DNA from: Bacteroidales bacterium
GTDB taxonomy: Bacteria > Bacteroidota > Bacteroidia > Bacteroidales > JAGOPY01
DNA length: 64,000 bases
Assembly (NCBI GenBank): GCA_046484945.1
Contig: JAWOHY010000022.1
Location: forward strand, 601 to 64,600
Direction: 5' to 3'
Numbering within the stretch: position 1 is the first letter of the stretch; the number at the start of each line of letters is the position of its first letter. Below, one piece after another: positions 9,269-18,791 of this stretch. The notes under the pieces were generated by a model. That model saw nothing but the letters and a program-made list of their open reading frames with translations, did not search any database and was not told the origin of the DNA. Both the position numbers and the translations under genes were made by a program.

Positions 9269-10780
9269 CTATTTCCAGTATTTTTGCAAGTCAAGCCGCC
9301 AGTTGTTGAAGCAGGCGCCTTTGGAGGTATAGGGGTGCTTGCCGTCGTTGCGCAAATTGACCTTGTAGGAAATATAAAAATCAACCCCGGTGATGTCCTT
9401 TCCCCTCAAAAAACCGGCCAGGTTGTCGGAACCGACTGTCAAACCGGCCAGGCGAACGGCGACCCCTATGCGCGGATACCGGTAGTCATACAGCACCAGC
9501 GGGATGTTGATCTCAAAAAATTCGGATTCGAAGCGGGGGGTGACCGCCAGCACAACCGGGCGCTCGATAATGGGATCGATAAACCAGGCGGGGACCATCA
9601 GTATGGCATTGACAAAAACATTTTCATAGGCACGATAATCCATCTGAACGCTGAAAGCTGTCGGGAGATATATGCTGAATTGGCGGGCGCGAAGGGAGGC
9701 ATCGGGCGATCCGTAAAACAACTCGCTGGTATAATCCAGTTCATCCCGGATGTTATCGTATTCCATTTCATTGGTGTTGATCCGGTTATTGCTGACATTG
9801 TCATAAGCATGTTGCTCTGCATTTCTTGTAAACCGGATCCAGCCAATATCAACAATAGAAACACCTATTTTAAATTTGTAATCGTCGAATCGTTTGATGT
9901 AAAAATTCCCGGGATATTTTTTCTGGTAGGACCTGTCGCGGTATTGCCACGTAATCCCGATATCCATCCCCCACCCCAGGCCGCGCACCATCGGGCTCAG
10001 CCAGTCAGCCACATCTTTCTCATAGTCAAACGGCAGGGACAATCCCAGCTCGGCGTCGAGCAATTCAACATTCAGAATGCTGTCGTTATAAACAATATAT
10101 CTTGTATCATAGCTTGTGATATAGGCCCCGCTGTATCCAAGGGCCGGCCCGATGGTGATACCGGCCGACCAGTGGTTGGTGTGAGAGCGTTTCAGTACGG
10201 TGGCATAGCTCAGGTTCAGTTCATACCAGGCCATCGATGCCATGTTGTAATTCTGCCTCACGTAGTAAATATTATGCTGTGGCTTGAAGTCCATGCCATA
10301 ATAAGAGAAATTGGCTACATCATATGGCACCCGCCTTGTAGAAGATACCGCACGGGACCCTATCCTGACGGCAAAAACATGATCGCGCCAGGAAAACATG
10401 GCCGAGGGCCCGGTTACCCTGGATTGAACGAAGATGTTTTTCTGAGACTGGTCATTATAATACGCACGGACGCTTCGCTGGCCTTTTCCATAGGGTTTTG
10501 AAATGAATGGAAAGGTGTATTCACCGGTGATGATATTCCTGATGGTGCCTTCAGGTGCAGGTAGATAGAAATAATTATTCTCGACAAACCCACTGGCCGA
10601 AAAGAGGCTGATGTCGGCCTTCAGCCAGCTGTTGGCGATAGAGGAAGGATTGATGACTGTTCCGGCAGAACCGGCATAATTGCCCGATACTAAACCCACG
10701 GTATGCTGCCCTTGCAACAATGAACCGGTAAAAAACAATAGGGCCAGAGTTACAGATATCAACAAGCGGATGTTTATCAT
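9269..10780 (-). CDS. Predicted outer-membrane beta-barrel protein, paralogue B (DUF5723 / PorP-SprF-like; family tentative)
   Basis: 503-aa ORF with a signal peptide. It has alternating aromatic/hydrophobic beta-strand patterns and an N-terminal G..SGNYAGSAGTVINPSSIA motif. It is collinear and clearly similar to the upstream gene. Its start overlaps that gene's stop by ATGA. Confidence 0.6.
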   Translation of the reverse strand: MINIRLLISVTLALLFFTGSLLQGQHTVGLVSGNYAGSAGTVINPSSIANSWLKADISLFSASGFVENNYFYLPAPEGTIRNIITGEYTFPFISKPYGKGQRSVRAYYNDQSQKNIFVQSRVTGPSAMFSWRDHVFAVRIGSRAVSSTRRVPYDVANFSYYGMDFKPQHNIYYVRQNYNMASMAWYELNLSYATVLKRSHTNHWSAGITIGPALGYSGAYITSYDTRYIVYNDSILNVELLDAELGLSLPFDYEKDVADWLSPMVRGLGWGMDIGITWQYRDRSYQKKYPGNFYIKRFDDYKFKIGVSIVDIGWIRFTRNAEQHAYDNVSNNRINTNEMEYDNIRDELDYTSELFYGSPDASLRARQFSIYLPTAFSVQMDYRAYENVFVNAILMVPAWFIDPIIERPVVLAVTPRFESEFFEINIPLVLYDYRYPRIGVAVRLAGLTVGSDNLAGFLRGKDITGVDFYISYKVNLRNDGKHPYTSKGACFNNWRLDLQKYWK

Positions 10781-12267
10781 CTTTTTCTGATCCCGTATTC
10801 AAAATTTTCACAGGGTACAAAGCGGCGCGCCCTCCCACACTGGCCTTTCCTGAAATTAACCTTTACCGATACATAGAAATCGAGCCCGGTGAAATCGCTG
10901 AGCCCGAATAGTCCGGCCAGGTCATCCGTTCCGACGGTCAGGAACTGATAGCGGACCGAAAATCCCGCTCTGGGATAACGCCATTCATAAAGAGAAACGG
11001 GCAGCGCAAATTCCAGGAGGGGCGTTTCATAACGCGGCACTACGGTGATCTGTGCCGGGCGGTGAATGTAAGCTTTTCCAAGCCTGACGGGATAAATGAA
11101 TACACCTCCCGCATACCAGTTACGGTATATCTTATAGTCACCCTGTATGCTGATTGCAGTGGGCAGATAAACCCTGATCCTGTCGTCCTTCAGTGACTCA
11201 TCCGGATCGTTATAAAATACCTGGCTGAAATTGCCCATTATCTGGTTCAGGTTGTCATAGCTTAATGTATCGACATTGATCCAGTACCGGCTGACATTAT
11301 CATAAACATGAAGCCGGGCATTGTTGCTAAAATTCACATATCCCAGGTCAATGAGGGAAATACCGACTCTATAGATGTAGTCGACGTATCGCTGGGAACA
11401 GAAGCGGGTGATCCTCTTTTTCTGATAACTAAGCAATTTGTACTGGAAAGTGACGCCAATATCAGCAGAAAATCCCCCCCCATTGATCCATGGTTCATAC
11501 GGAAAATCATTATTGTCGTAATTCATCGGGAAAGAGTAGCCGAATTCGGCGTCCAGGTTTTTGATGTTAATGGTGGAGTCGTTCACCATGACGTAATTCA
11601 TGTTACCGGCGCTCATATAACCGCCGGCCATCGAGAAATGTCTTTTAACGGTAATCCCTGCCGACCAGTCCTCCATGCCAAATTTGCGAAAAGCATAAGC
11701 ATAAGTGATACCTATCTCACCGGTCACCAAAGAAGCGGCAGTGGCGTTGTTGTCGTTGTACTCAATGTTATGTTGCGGTGTATAATCCAGTCCGTAATAG
11801 CCAAAGTTGAGGACGTGATAAGGAAGCCTGAATCCGGAAGATAGGGCCCGCATCCCGGTATGCAGGGCAATGGCATGTCTTCCTCGTGCCAGCATAAAAG
11901 AAGGGCCTTTCAGTAACTGGCTGGAATATAGCATTTTATAATTCTTTTCCTGGTAATGATCAAATGGCATATCATCTTCACCGTAACTGGGAAACTGCGG
12001 GTTGCGGCTCAGGTATTTAAACAATGAACGATCTTCCTTGTGTATATACGCGTAATTGTTATTGAAAAAGAAATCAACCGTACCCAGGTTAATATCAAGA
12101 TAAAGCTTGGACGTGATAATGGCCGTGGGATTGATCAGGGTACCATTCGAACCGGCAAAATTGCTGGTCGTGATGCCCCACATTTCCTGTGCCCTTATCA
12201 GAATTGTAAGAGATAGAAATAAAATGAGCCCGATGCATCGCAGTATTATCTTCCTTGAAAAATACAT
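10777..12267 (-). CDS. Predicted outer-membrane beta-barrel protein, paralogue A (DUF5723 / PorP-SprF-like; family tentative)
   Basis: 496-aa ORF with a signal peptide (…LSLTILIRAQ). It has the motif SNFAGSNGTLINPTAII. Blocks shared with paralogue B include LPTA.S.Q.DY, VVPR.E, YPR.G..VR...LTVG.D.LAG and DFY.S.KVN. Confidence 0.6.
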   Translation of the reverse strand: MYFSRKIILRCIGLILFLSLTILIRAQEMWGITTSNFAGSNGTLINPTAIITSKLYLDINLGTVDFFFNNNYAYIHKEDRSLFKYLSRNPQFPSYGEDDMPFDHYQEKNYKMLYSSQLLKGPSFMLARGRHAIALHTGMRALSSGFRLPYHVLNFGYYGLDYTPQHNIEYNDNNATAASLVTGEIGITYAYAFRKFGMEDWSAGITVKRHFSMAGGYMSAGNMNYVMVNDSTINIKNLDAEFGYSFPMNYDNNDFPYEPWINGGGFSADIGVTFQYKLLSYQKKRITRFCSQRYVDYIYRVGISLIDLGYVNFSNNARLHVYDNVSRYWINVDTLSYDNLNQIMGNFSQVFYNDPDESLKDDRIRVYLPTAISIQGDYKIYRNWYAGGVFIYPVRLGKAYIHRPAQITVVPRYETPLLEFALPVSLYEWRYPRAGFSVRYQFLTVGTDDLAGLFGLSDFTGLDFYVSVKVNFRKGQCGRARRFVPCENFEYGIRKR

Positions 12268-12512
12268 TGATTTACCCTATTCCTGATAATACCTTTTTAG
12301 AATTGAATTAGTAAACGTCAAATTTAGGCTTTTCAGTTTATCAAAGATTTAATATTTAAAAAATATTGTAATATTTGTTATTTATTGTATTTATTTTTAA
12401 AAGGTTATGTATATACTGACAAATAATTTTAAATAATTATAAATAAGAAGATATTACCCTGTAGATTGGGGAAGGGCCAATCATAAAACAACGTTGCAGA
12501 GCTTAAAATTCG

Positions 12513-12520
12513 TATATTTG
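12513..12520 (+). promoter_or_regulatory. Candidate -7 box TATATTTG for tRNA-Leu / tig-clpP-clpX
   Basis: Exact TAnnTTTG, 25 nt upstream of the tRNA-Leu 5' end. A GTTG lies about 16 nt upstream, and a very AT-rich tract precedes both. Confidence 0.45.
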
Positions 12521-12545
12521 CAGGCCGAAAAGAACGGTGCACGTA

Positions 12546-12627
12546 GCGGATGTGGCGTAACTGGTAGCCGCGCCAGACTTAGGATCTGGTGCCGAAAGGC
12601 GTGGGGGTTCGAGTCCCTTCATCCGCA
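12546..12627 (+). tRNA. tRNA-Leu (anticodon TAG), long variable arm, no encoded CCA
   Basis: Manual fold. Acceptor GCGGATG/CATCCGC with discriminator A. Anticodon stem CCAGA/TCTGG with loop CTTAGGA. Variable arm TGCCGAAAGGCGT. T-loop GGGGGTTCGAGTCCC. Confidence 0.9.
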
Positions 12628-12665
12628 CGGTACTTAATAGAATTAACTGCTAAGCAAGCACAAGC

Positions 12666-13823
12666 ATGCACATCGAAAAAGAAGAAACAGGGAACCTGAC
12701 AGCTACGATCAAAATTACCGTTGGCCGGGAGGATTATGATGAAAAAGTGAATAAAACGCTGAAGGATTACCAGCGGAAAGCCACCATGCCCGGATTCCGG
12801 CCCGGGAAAGTGCCGTTCGGCATGATCTCCAAAATGTACCGGAAAGGGGTGCTGCTCGATGAGATCAACCACCTGATCAGCCATAAACTGCAGGACTATG
12901 TCGAGGAAAACCAGCTCCGGCTGATCGGTAACCCGTTGCCGGATACCGAACGTTCGGCCAATATCGACCTGGATAACCAGTCGGAATTTGATTTTTTCTT
13001 TAACATCGGCATCGCCCCGGAATGTGCCCCGGAAGTTTCCGATAAAACATCCGTCGATTATTTCAAAATCAAGGCCACCGATAAGATGGTCGATGAATAC
13101 GTGACCGACCTGCGCAAGCGTTATCACAAGCACATGACAGAGCAGGCAAATGCCGAAAAAGCGGTTGATGAAGAGGCTGAAGGAAGCGATGCAAAGGATC
13201 ATGAGCTGGCTGAAAAAGAATTAGACATCGACGATCTGCCTGAAATGAATGAAGAATTTTTCAAACAGGTATTCCCGGGGGAAGAGATCAGTGATGAGGC
13301 TGCTTTCAGAGAGAAAGTGCGGGAGTCGATCGAAACATCACTGGTGAAAGAAAGCGAGCGGTATTTCCTCAACGATGCCATTGAAAAACTGGTAGAAAAC
13401 ACCCCTGTCGAGTTGCCCGGCGATTTCATCCGGAAACTGCTCATCCAGAACAATGAGGAGGAAAAGAGCGAGGAAGAGCTTGAAAAACAATTAGAAAACT
13501 TCTCCCGGTCGATCAAATGGCAACTTATCGAGTCACGGATCGTAAAAGAATACGACCTTACTGTTAAGGAAGAAGAGATGCGGAACGTAGTAAAAGCCTA
13601 TTTCACCGGTCACATGGCCGGCCAGGAAGAATCGCCGGAACACACTGAAAGGCTGGATCAGATCGTTAACTCGGTGCTCAGCAACAAAGAAGAGTCCAGC
13701 CGGTTGCACGACCAGCTTTTCGAAAAGAAACTGCTTGATCTTTTCAGGGATAAACTGAAACTTGAGCACAAGGATATTCCGTATGATGAATTTGTTAACC
13801 TCGTTACACAAAAGAGAGCGTAG
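12666..13823 (+). CDS. tig: Trigger factor (short form, apparently lacking the FKBP/PPIase domain)
   Basis: 385 aa. The ribosome-binding signature GFRPGKVP is at aa 43-50. The gene sits in the conserved tig-clpP-clpX order. N- and C-domain similarity to TF is evident. Confidence 0.9.
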   Translation: MHIEKEETGNLTATIKITVGREDYDEKVNKTLKDYQRKATMPGFRPGKVPFGMISKMYRKGVLLDEINHLISHKLQDYVEENQLRLIGNPLPDTERSANIDLDNQSEFDFFFNIGIAPECAPEVSDKTSVDYFKIKATDKMVDEYVTDLRKRYHKHMTEQANAEKAVDEEAEGSDAKDHELAEKELDIDDLPEMNEEFFKQVFPGEEISDEAAFREKVRESIETSLVKESERYFLNDAIEKLVENTPVELPGDFIRKLLIQNNEEEKSEEELEKQLENFSRSIKWQLIESRIVKEYDLTVKEEEMRNVVKAYFTGHMAGQEESPEHTERLDQIVNSVLSNKEESSRLHDQLFEKKLLDLFRDKLKLEHKDIPYDEFVNLVTQKRA

Positions 13824-13824
13824 T

Positions 13825-14505
13825 ATGAAAGAAAATGAATTTCGCAAGTATGCAGTTAAGCATATGGGCCTGAATGGATTAACTGTTGACAGGTACACTT
13901 CCATAGCAGGGAATTACATATCCCCCACCATCATCGAGGAGCGCCAGCTGAACATTGCCACCATGGACGTATTCAGCCGTTTGATGATGGACCGCATCAT
14001 CTTCCTGGGCGTTCCGATCGACGATTACGTGGCCAACATCATCCAGGCCCAGTTATTGTTTCTGGAGTCGGTAGATTCTTCGAAAGACATCCAGATATAC
14101 CTGAACACGCCCGGGGGGATGGTTTATTCCGGACTGGGCATTTACGACACGATGCAGTACATTGCCCCTGATGTGGCGACGATATGCACTGGTGTGGCCG
14201 CTTCGATGGGGGCCGTGCTGCTGTGCGCCGGCAGTAACGGGAAAAGAACTGCCCTGAAACATTCCCGCATCCTGATCCACCAGCCGATGGGCGGGGCGCA
14301 GGGGCAGGCTTCCGATATCGAGATCACGGCCAAGGAGATCCAGAAGATCAAAAAGGAGCTGTATGAGATCATCGCGCTGCATTCGGGTCAGGATTACAAG
14401 AAGATATGGAAGGATGCCGACCGTGATTTCTGGATGACGGCCGAAGAGGCCCGCGATTACGGGATGATCGACGAGGTGCTGGCAAAAACCAAGCTAAAAC
14501 CTTAA
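13825..14505 (+). CDS. clpP: ATP-dependent Clp protease proteolytic subunit
   Basis: Motifs GVAASMGA (catalytic Ser) and [10 protein letters not shown] (His). I chose the ATG at 13825, directly after the tig stop, rather than the ORF-track start at 13762. Confidence 0.95.
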   Translation: MKENEFRKYAVKHMGLNGLTVDRYTSIAGNYISPTIIEERQLNIATMDVFSRLMMDRIIFLGVPIDDYVANIIQAQLLFLESVDSSKDIQIYLNTPGGMVYSGLGIYDTMQYIAPDVATICTGVAASMGAVLLCAGSNGKRTALKHSRILIHQPMGGAQGQASDIEITAKEIQKIKKELYEIIALHSGQDYKKIWKDADRDFWMTAEEARDYGMIDEVLAKTKLKP

Positions 14506-14509
14506 TAAC

Positions 14510-15736
14510 ATGGCCAGGGACAGTCAGAAGTGCTCATTTTGCGGCCGGGACCGGTCGGAGGTCAACATTCTCATCGCCGGCATCGACGCCCACATCTGCG
14601 ATGCCTGCATCGCCCAGGCACAGACGATCCTTACCGAGGAGTTTGTTCATCAAAAGAGCGACCTGCTTCCCGAAATAGAGCTGAAATTACCATCCGAGAT
14701 CAAGGAATATCTCGATCAGTACGTCATTGGACAGGAAGACGCCAAGCGGGTGCTTTCCGTGGCAGTTTACAATCACTATAAGCGGATCACCCAACCCATG
14801 GATGACGATGGCATTGAGATTGAAAAATCGAACATCATGATCGCCGGGGAGACAGGTACGGGTAAGACACTGCTGGCCAGAACGATAGCCCGCATGCTCA
14901 AGGTGCCGTTTGCCATTGCCGACGCCACTGTTTTGACCGAAGCCGGATATGTGGGAGAAGATGTGGAGAGCATCCTGGCCCGTCTGCTGCAAGCCGCCGA
15001 TTTCGATGTGGCTGCTGCCGAACGCGGGATCGTCTTTATCGACGAGATCGATAAGATCACCCGGAAAGGGGATAACCCTTCGATTACGCGGGATGTTTCG
15101 GGAGAAGGCGTACAACAGGCTTTGCTAAAATTACTGGAGGGAGCGATCATCAACGTCCCGCCGCAAGGCGGACGAAAGCACCCGGAGCAAAAATTCATCC
15201 AGTTGAACACACAGAACATCCTGTTTATATCCGGAGGGGCTTTCAACTCCATCGACAAGATCATCGCGTCCCGGATCCGCGCCAATGTGATCGGTTACCA
15301 ATCGAATAAACGGGGTGCGGTCGACAAGGAGAACCTGTTACAGTACATCTCCCCTGCCGATATACGCAAATTTGGCATGATCCCCGAGATCGTCGGCCGG
15401 TTCCCGGTACTCACATACCTGAACCCGTTGGACCCGGATGCCCTGAAACGGATACTCACCGAGCCAAAGAACGCCCTGGTCAAACAGTTTACCAAATTAT
15501 TCAAAATGGATGGCATCCGGCTGACATTTGATGACGATGCACTTGATTTCATCGTGGAGAAAGCTACTGACCACAAGCTGGGTGCCCGTGGCCTGAGATC
15601 CGTCATCGAAGCGATCCTGACCGACGCTATGTTCGAACTACCTTCCGGTGATAAAACTAAAACATTGAAAGTCACCAGGAAATACGCCGGGGAGAAATTC
15701 AGCAAATCCAATTTATCTCATCTGAAAGTAGCCTGA
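14510..15736 (+). CDS. clpX: ATP-dependent Clp protease ATP-binding subunit ClpX
   Basis: N-terminal C4 zinc finger (CSFCGR...CDAC), Walker A GETGTGKT, Walker B VFIDEIDK. Confidence 0.97.
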   Translation: MARDSQKCSFCGRDRSEVNILIAGIDAHICDACIAQAQTILTEEFVHQKSDLLPEIELKLPSEIKEYLDQYVIGQEDAKRVLSVAVYNHYKRITQPMDDDGIEIEKSNIMIAGETGTGKTLLARTIARMLKVPFAIADATVLTEAGYVGEDVESILARLLQAADFDVAAAERGIVFIDEIDKITRKGDNPSITRDVSGEGVQQALLKLLEGAIINVPPQGGRKHPEQKFIQLNTQNILFISGGAFNSIDKIIASRIRANVIGYQSNKRGAVDKENLLQYISPADIRKFGMIPEIVGRFPVLTYLNPLDPDALKRILTEPKNALVKQFTKLFKMDGIRLTFDDDALDFIVEKATDHKLGARGLRSVIEAILTDAMFELPSGDKTKTLKVTRKYAGEKFSKSNLSHLKVA

Positions 15737-15778
15737 GTACCCGGCTGGCACAATTATTGAACTCCTGGTATATATCTT

Positions 15779-16360
15779 ATGCTGATCAGAACCTGGATCA
15801 TATTACTGTTCGGGGTGCTCTCATCCATCGTGTTTGCGCAGGAAGAACCGCCTGTTATAGCGCATGGAAAGATTGTTGAGGGTGATACGCTATTGGTTGT
15901 AAACCTGAAAGAGATCATAATCCTGTCATGGCAGAACCTGGATAAAAGGGGCGAACGAAGGATGACACGGCTGATGCGGAACGTGAAGATCGCTTATCCA
16001 TACGCACGCCTGGCAGGCATCAAGCTGATCGAGTATGGGGATGTTCTCGCGGAAGCCCCTGATCAAAAAGCACGCAGGCAGATCATGAAGCAGGTGGAAG
16101 ATGAGCTGGAAGCCGAGTACGGGCAGGATCTTCGCAAGCTTACCATTACCCAGGGGAAAATATTGCTTAAACTGGTCGACCGGGAAACAGATAACTCATC
16201 ATACCAGCTTGTTACCGACCTCAGGGGAGAATTCCGGGCCGTTTTTTACCAGGCCATTGCCCGGCTGTTTACCTATAATCTAAAAGTAAAATATGACCCG
16301 GAGGGGGAAGACCGGGATATAGAAACTATTGTAAAAATGATTGAAAACGGGCAGTTATGA
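15779..16360 (+). CDS. Secreted conserved hypothetical protein (DUF4294-like)
   Basis: 193-aa ORF with a signal peptide (…LSSIVFAQ). The pattern RRMTRLMRNVKIAYPYARLAG resembles DUF4294 as I recall it. Confidence 0.6.
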   Translation: MLIRTWIILLFGVLSSIVFAQEEPPVIAHGKIVEGDTLLVVNLKEIIILSWQNLDKRGERRMTRLMRNVKIAYPYARLAGIKLIEYGDVLAEAPDQKARRQIMKQVEDELEAEYGQDLRKLTITQGKILLKLVDRETDNSSYQLVTDLRGEFRAVFYQAIARLFTYNLKVKYDPEGEDRDIETIVKMIENGQL

Positions 16361-16376
16361 TGCCTGGACTTCCGGG

Positions 16377-17798
16377 TTACTTCCCTCTTCCCTGTATAAC
16401 GATCAGCACGGTATAGATCATGATCTTGAAGTCCATGGCCAGCGACATGTTCTCGATGTAAAGCAAATCGTACTTCAGCCTTTCAACCATTTGATCCACA
16501 TTTTCGGCATAACCGTATTTCACCTGGCCCCAGGAGGTAATGCCCGGCTTGATCTTAAACAACAGCCTGTACTCAGGGGCAACTTTTACGATCTGATCGA
16601 TATAAAATTGCCGTTCGGGCCGGTAACCGACCAATGACATATCCCCCACCAGCACTGAGAAGAACTGCGGGATTTCATCGAGACGCACTTTCCGTAAAAA
16701 TTTCCCGAATTTGGTGATGCGGCGGTCGTCCTTGGTGGCCAGCTGTGGTCCGTATTTTTCCGCATCAGAGTACATCGACCTGAATTTGTGCATCTTAAAT
16801 GTTTTCCCATGGACCCCAACCCTTTCCTGAGAATAGATGATCGGACCACGTGAGCCCAGTTTAACTCCAATGGCTACAAAAAGGAATACCGGGAATAACA
16901 GGGTAAGCGCCACCAGGGCCGCCAAAATATCTATTATCCGCTTTACCGATTGCTGCCAGGGCGGCATCAACTCCTGCGAGATCTGTATCAGCGGGTAATG
17001 CCAGATGGATGACAATTTTACCATTCCCATCAGGTAATCCTGCATGTCGGGAATAACTTTGATCACCACATCGGTCTCCTCGAGCAAGGTTAATATCTTT
17101 TTAATGGTTTCCCTTTCCGATCGCTCAATGGCCAGGATCACCTCCTCCACTTGTTGCTCGTCAATAATTTTTATCAGATCCTGGTAGCCTCCCAAATGCG
17201 GCAGGTATTTCGCTACTTTGAAGCTTTCATAATCTTCTACATTCACGAAACCGATAAATATATTCCCGGAATGAACCTCCTGCCTTTCCATCTCTTCATA
17301 AATTTTCACGGCATTCCCATTGCTACCTACAATGATCGTTTTAAACCCCAGCTTTTTCCGGTGTATTTTCCTGACAGTACCGGTAGTAATGATGAGCCTG
17401 AACAGGTAAGTAATTCCGAAATGAAACAGGTAGAGAATGGCAAATAATTGATAATAGGATTTATAGGTTACGATCATATCATCAAGGATCAGGGCAAAAA
17501 AGATGATGATTACCCCCAGAAGCGAAAGGAAAGAGGTCTGGCTCAGCTCCCGCAGCCTTGATTTGCGGTAGATCCTCTTTACGCTGTAAGTACCTGTAAT
17601 AGCATACAATATCAGCCAGAAAACAGGCACCACCATGATGCCCAGGTAGAAATTCCTGTCATCAAAAATGTCAGAAATGTGCTCAAGAACCACCGGATCG
17701 ACAGAGTATTTCCGGTAGATGAAAAACAGCGACCATGCCAGGAAAGCGGCAATATAATCGGCCACTAAATATTTGAGCGTCTGCAGTTTTTTATTCAT
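16377..17798 (-). CDS. Polyprenyl-phosphate glycosyl-1-phosphate transferase (WbaP/EpsL-type bacterial sugar transferase)
   Basis: 473 aa. N-terminal TM helices, a central Rossmann-like segment (TIIVGSNGNA), and a C-terminal sugar-transferase domain (KFRSM, PGITSWGQV). Confidence 0.9.
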   Translation of the reverse strand: MNKKLQTLKYLVADYIAAFLAWSLFFIYRKYSVDPVVLEHISDIFDDRNFYLGIMVVPVFWLILYAITGTYSVKRIYRKSRLRELSQTSFLSLLGVIIIFFALILDDMIVTYKSYYQLFAILYLFHFGITYLFRLIITTGTVRKIHRKKLGFKTIIVGSNGNAVKIYEEMERQEVHSGNIFIGFVNVEDYESFKVAKYLPHLGGYQDLIKIIDEQQVEEVILAIERSERETIKKILTLLEETDVVIKVIPDMQDYLMGMVKLSSIWHYPLIQISQELMPPWQQSVKRIIDILAALVALTLLFPVFLFVAIGVKLGSRGPIIYSQERVGVHGKTFKMHKFRSMYSDAEKYGPQLATKDDRRITKFGKFLRKVRLDEIPQFFSVLVGDMSLVGYRPERQFYIDQIVKVAPEYRLLFKIKPGITSWGQVKYGYAENVDQMVERLKYDLLYIENMSLAMDFKIMIYTVLIVIQGRGK

Positions 17799-18731
17799 TT
17801 ACAGGTTCGGTCTGGTTACAAGTTTCATATTATCCAGCATGACGATACCGTCTTCACTGATCATATTTTTATCTGCCTCAAAATATATTTTATAATTATC
17901 GGCATCCGCGGTTTCATTGACCATCGGTGTAAAGTTAACATAGATTTTCTTCCAGGAGTCGGTGGGATTCAGGATAAGAAAGGAACGTTTATGGATGGTA
18001 TTGTCCATTTTCCGGATAAAGGCGCCGATCACCAGGGGCAGGTTGATCTTATAATGCATTTCCAGGAAAACAAAGTCGCCCCGTTTAAAAACATATCCCT
18101 GTCCGGTGCCATCTTCCGTAACAAGTAACAGATAAGGCCTGTCATGATCAAGATGGCTGATGCCAGAGTATTCGGAAAATGGATCCAGGTAAGCGCCCGG
18201 GTCATTGGCCGGGCTGGTCCTGACCACTCCGGTATCGCTGGCATTGGCCCGGATAAGCAGAAGGTTGGGATTTTCAAAGTCTTCCATCCATACAAATTCC
18301 ACGTTATTCAGATAGGAGGTGGCATTATTGATCACCTGCACACTGTCGATGATCAGGTTATAATCCGATAAGATAATCGGTTGAATGAGCGGATAAGGGG
18401 CCCGGGTGTCGGAAATTCCGTTCAGGATGATCCCGGGCCTGATCTCCACCTTGTGTTTACCCGATGCCAGTACGGGGATTTGCACGGGCATTTCAAAGCC
18501 ACCGATTATGTCATCATCAACATACAGCCATACGTCCATGAAATTCTGACTGGCCGTGCCCTGTGCAGCGTAATCAGTTGAAAATCCGAGTGAATCAAAT
18601 TGAAGATATGCAGGAACCGTTTGATCTCCTTCAAACTTATTACATCCGGCCAGTAACAGAAATACCAATAAAAACGGAAGCCCTGTGGTCTGCATAAGCT
18701 TCTGGCTGATTTCTGTCAAGGGATTTTTCAT
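17799..18731 (-). CDS. Hypothetical lipoprotein
   Basis: 310-aa ORF with a lipobox (LLLAGC). It abuts the sugar transferase gene with no spacer. I recognise no family. Confidence 0.6.
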   Translation of the reverse strand: MKNPLTEISQKLMQTTGLPFLLVFLLLAGCNKFEGDQTVPAYLQFDSLGFSTDYAAQGTASQNFMDVWLYVDDDIIGGFEMPVQIPVLASGKHKVEIRPGIILNGISDTRAPYPLIQPIILSDYNLIIDSVQVINNATSYLNNVEFVWMEDFENPNLLLIRANASDTGVVRTSPANDPGAYLDPFSEYSGISHLDHDRPYLLLVTEDGTGQGYVFKRGDFVFLEMHYKINLPLVIGAFIRKMDNTIHKRSFLILNPTDSWKKIYVNFTPMVNETADADNYKIYFEADKNMISEDGIVMLDNMKLVTRPNL

Positions 18732-18791
18732 ATAATTTAACAGGACAAATTGCTAACGCCTGTACAGTGGTTAATATTGTTATTTCTGCAC

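Noticed and set aside
9284-10501. 405-aa plus-strand ORF antisense to the OMP paralogue
   Set aside because: It mirrors the frame of a convincing minus-strand gene. Its composition is Gly/Pro/His/Ile-rich with no signal peptide or motif. It is a typical antisense shadow ORF.
13762-13824. N-terminal extensions proposed by the ORF track: clpP 13762, Gfo 19847, lipoprotein 20726 (TTG), hmgA 28117, GAPDH-like 38956, glmM 48911 (TTG), GT2 54660 (GTG), ALDH 59005 (TTG), DUF721 63558
   Set aside because: In each case an internal ATG gives an N-terminus that matches the family's usual start or a proper signal peptide, and removes overlap with the neighbouring gene or a TAnnTTTG box.
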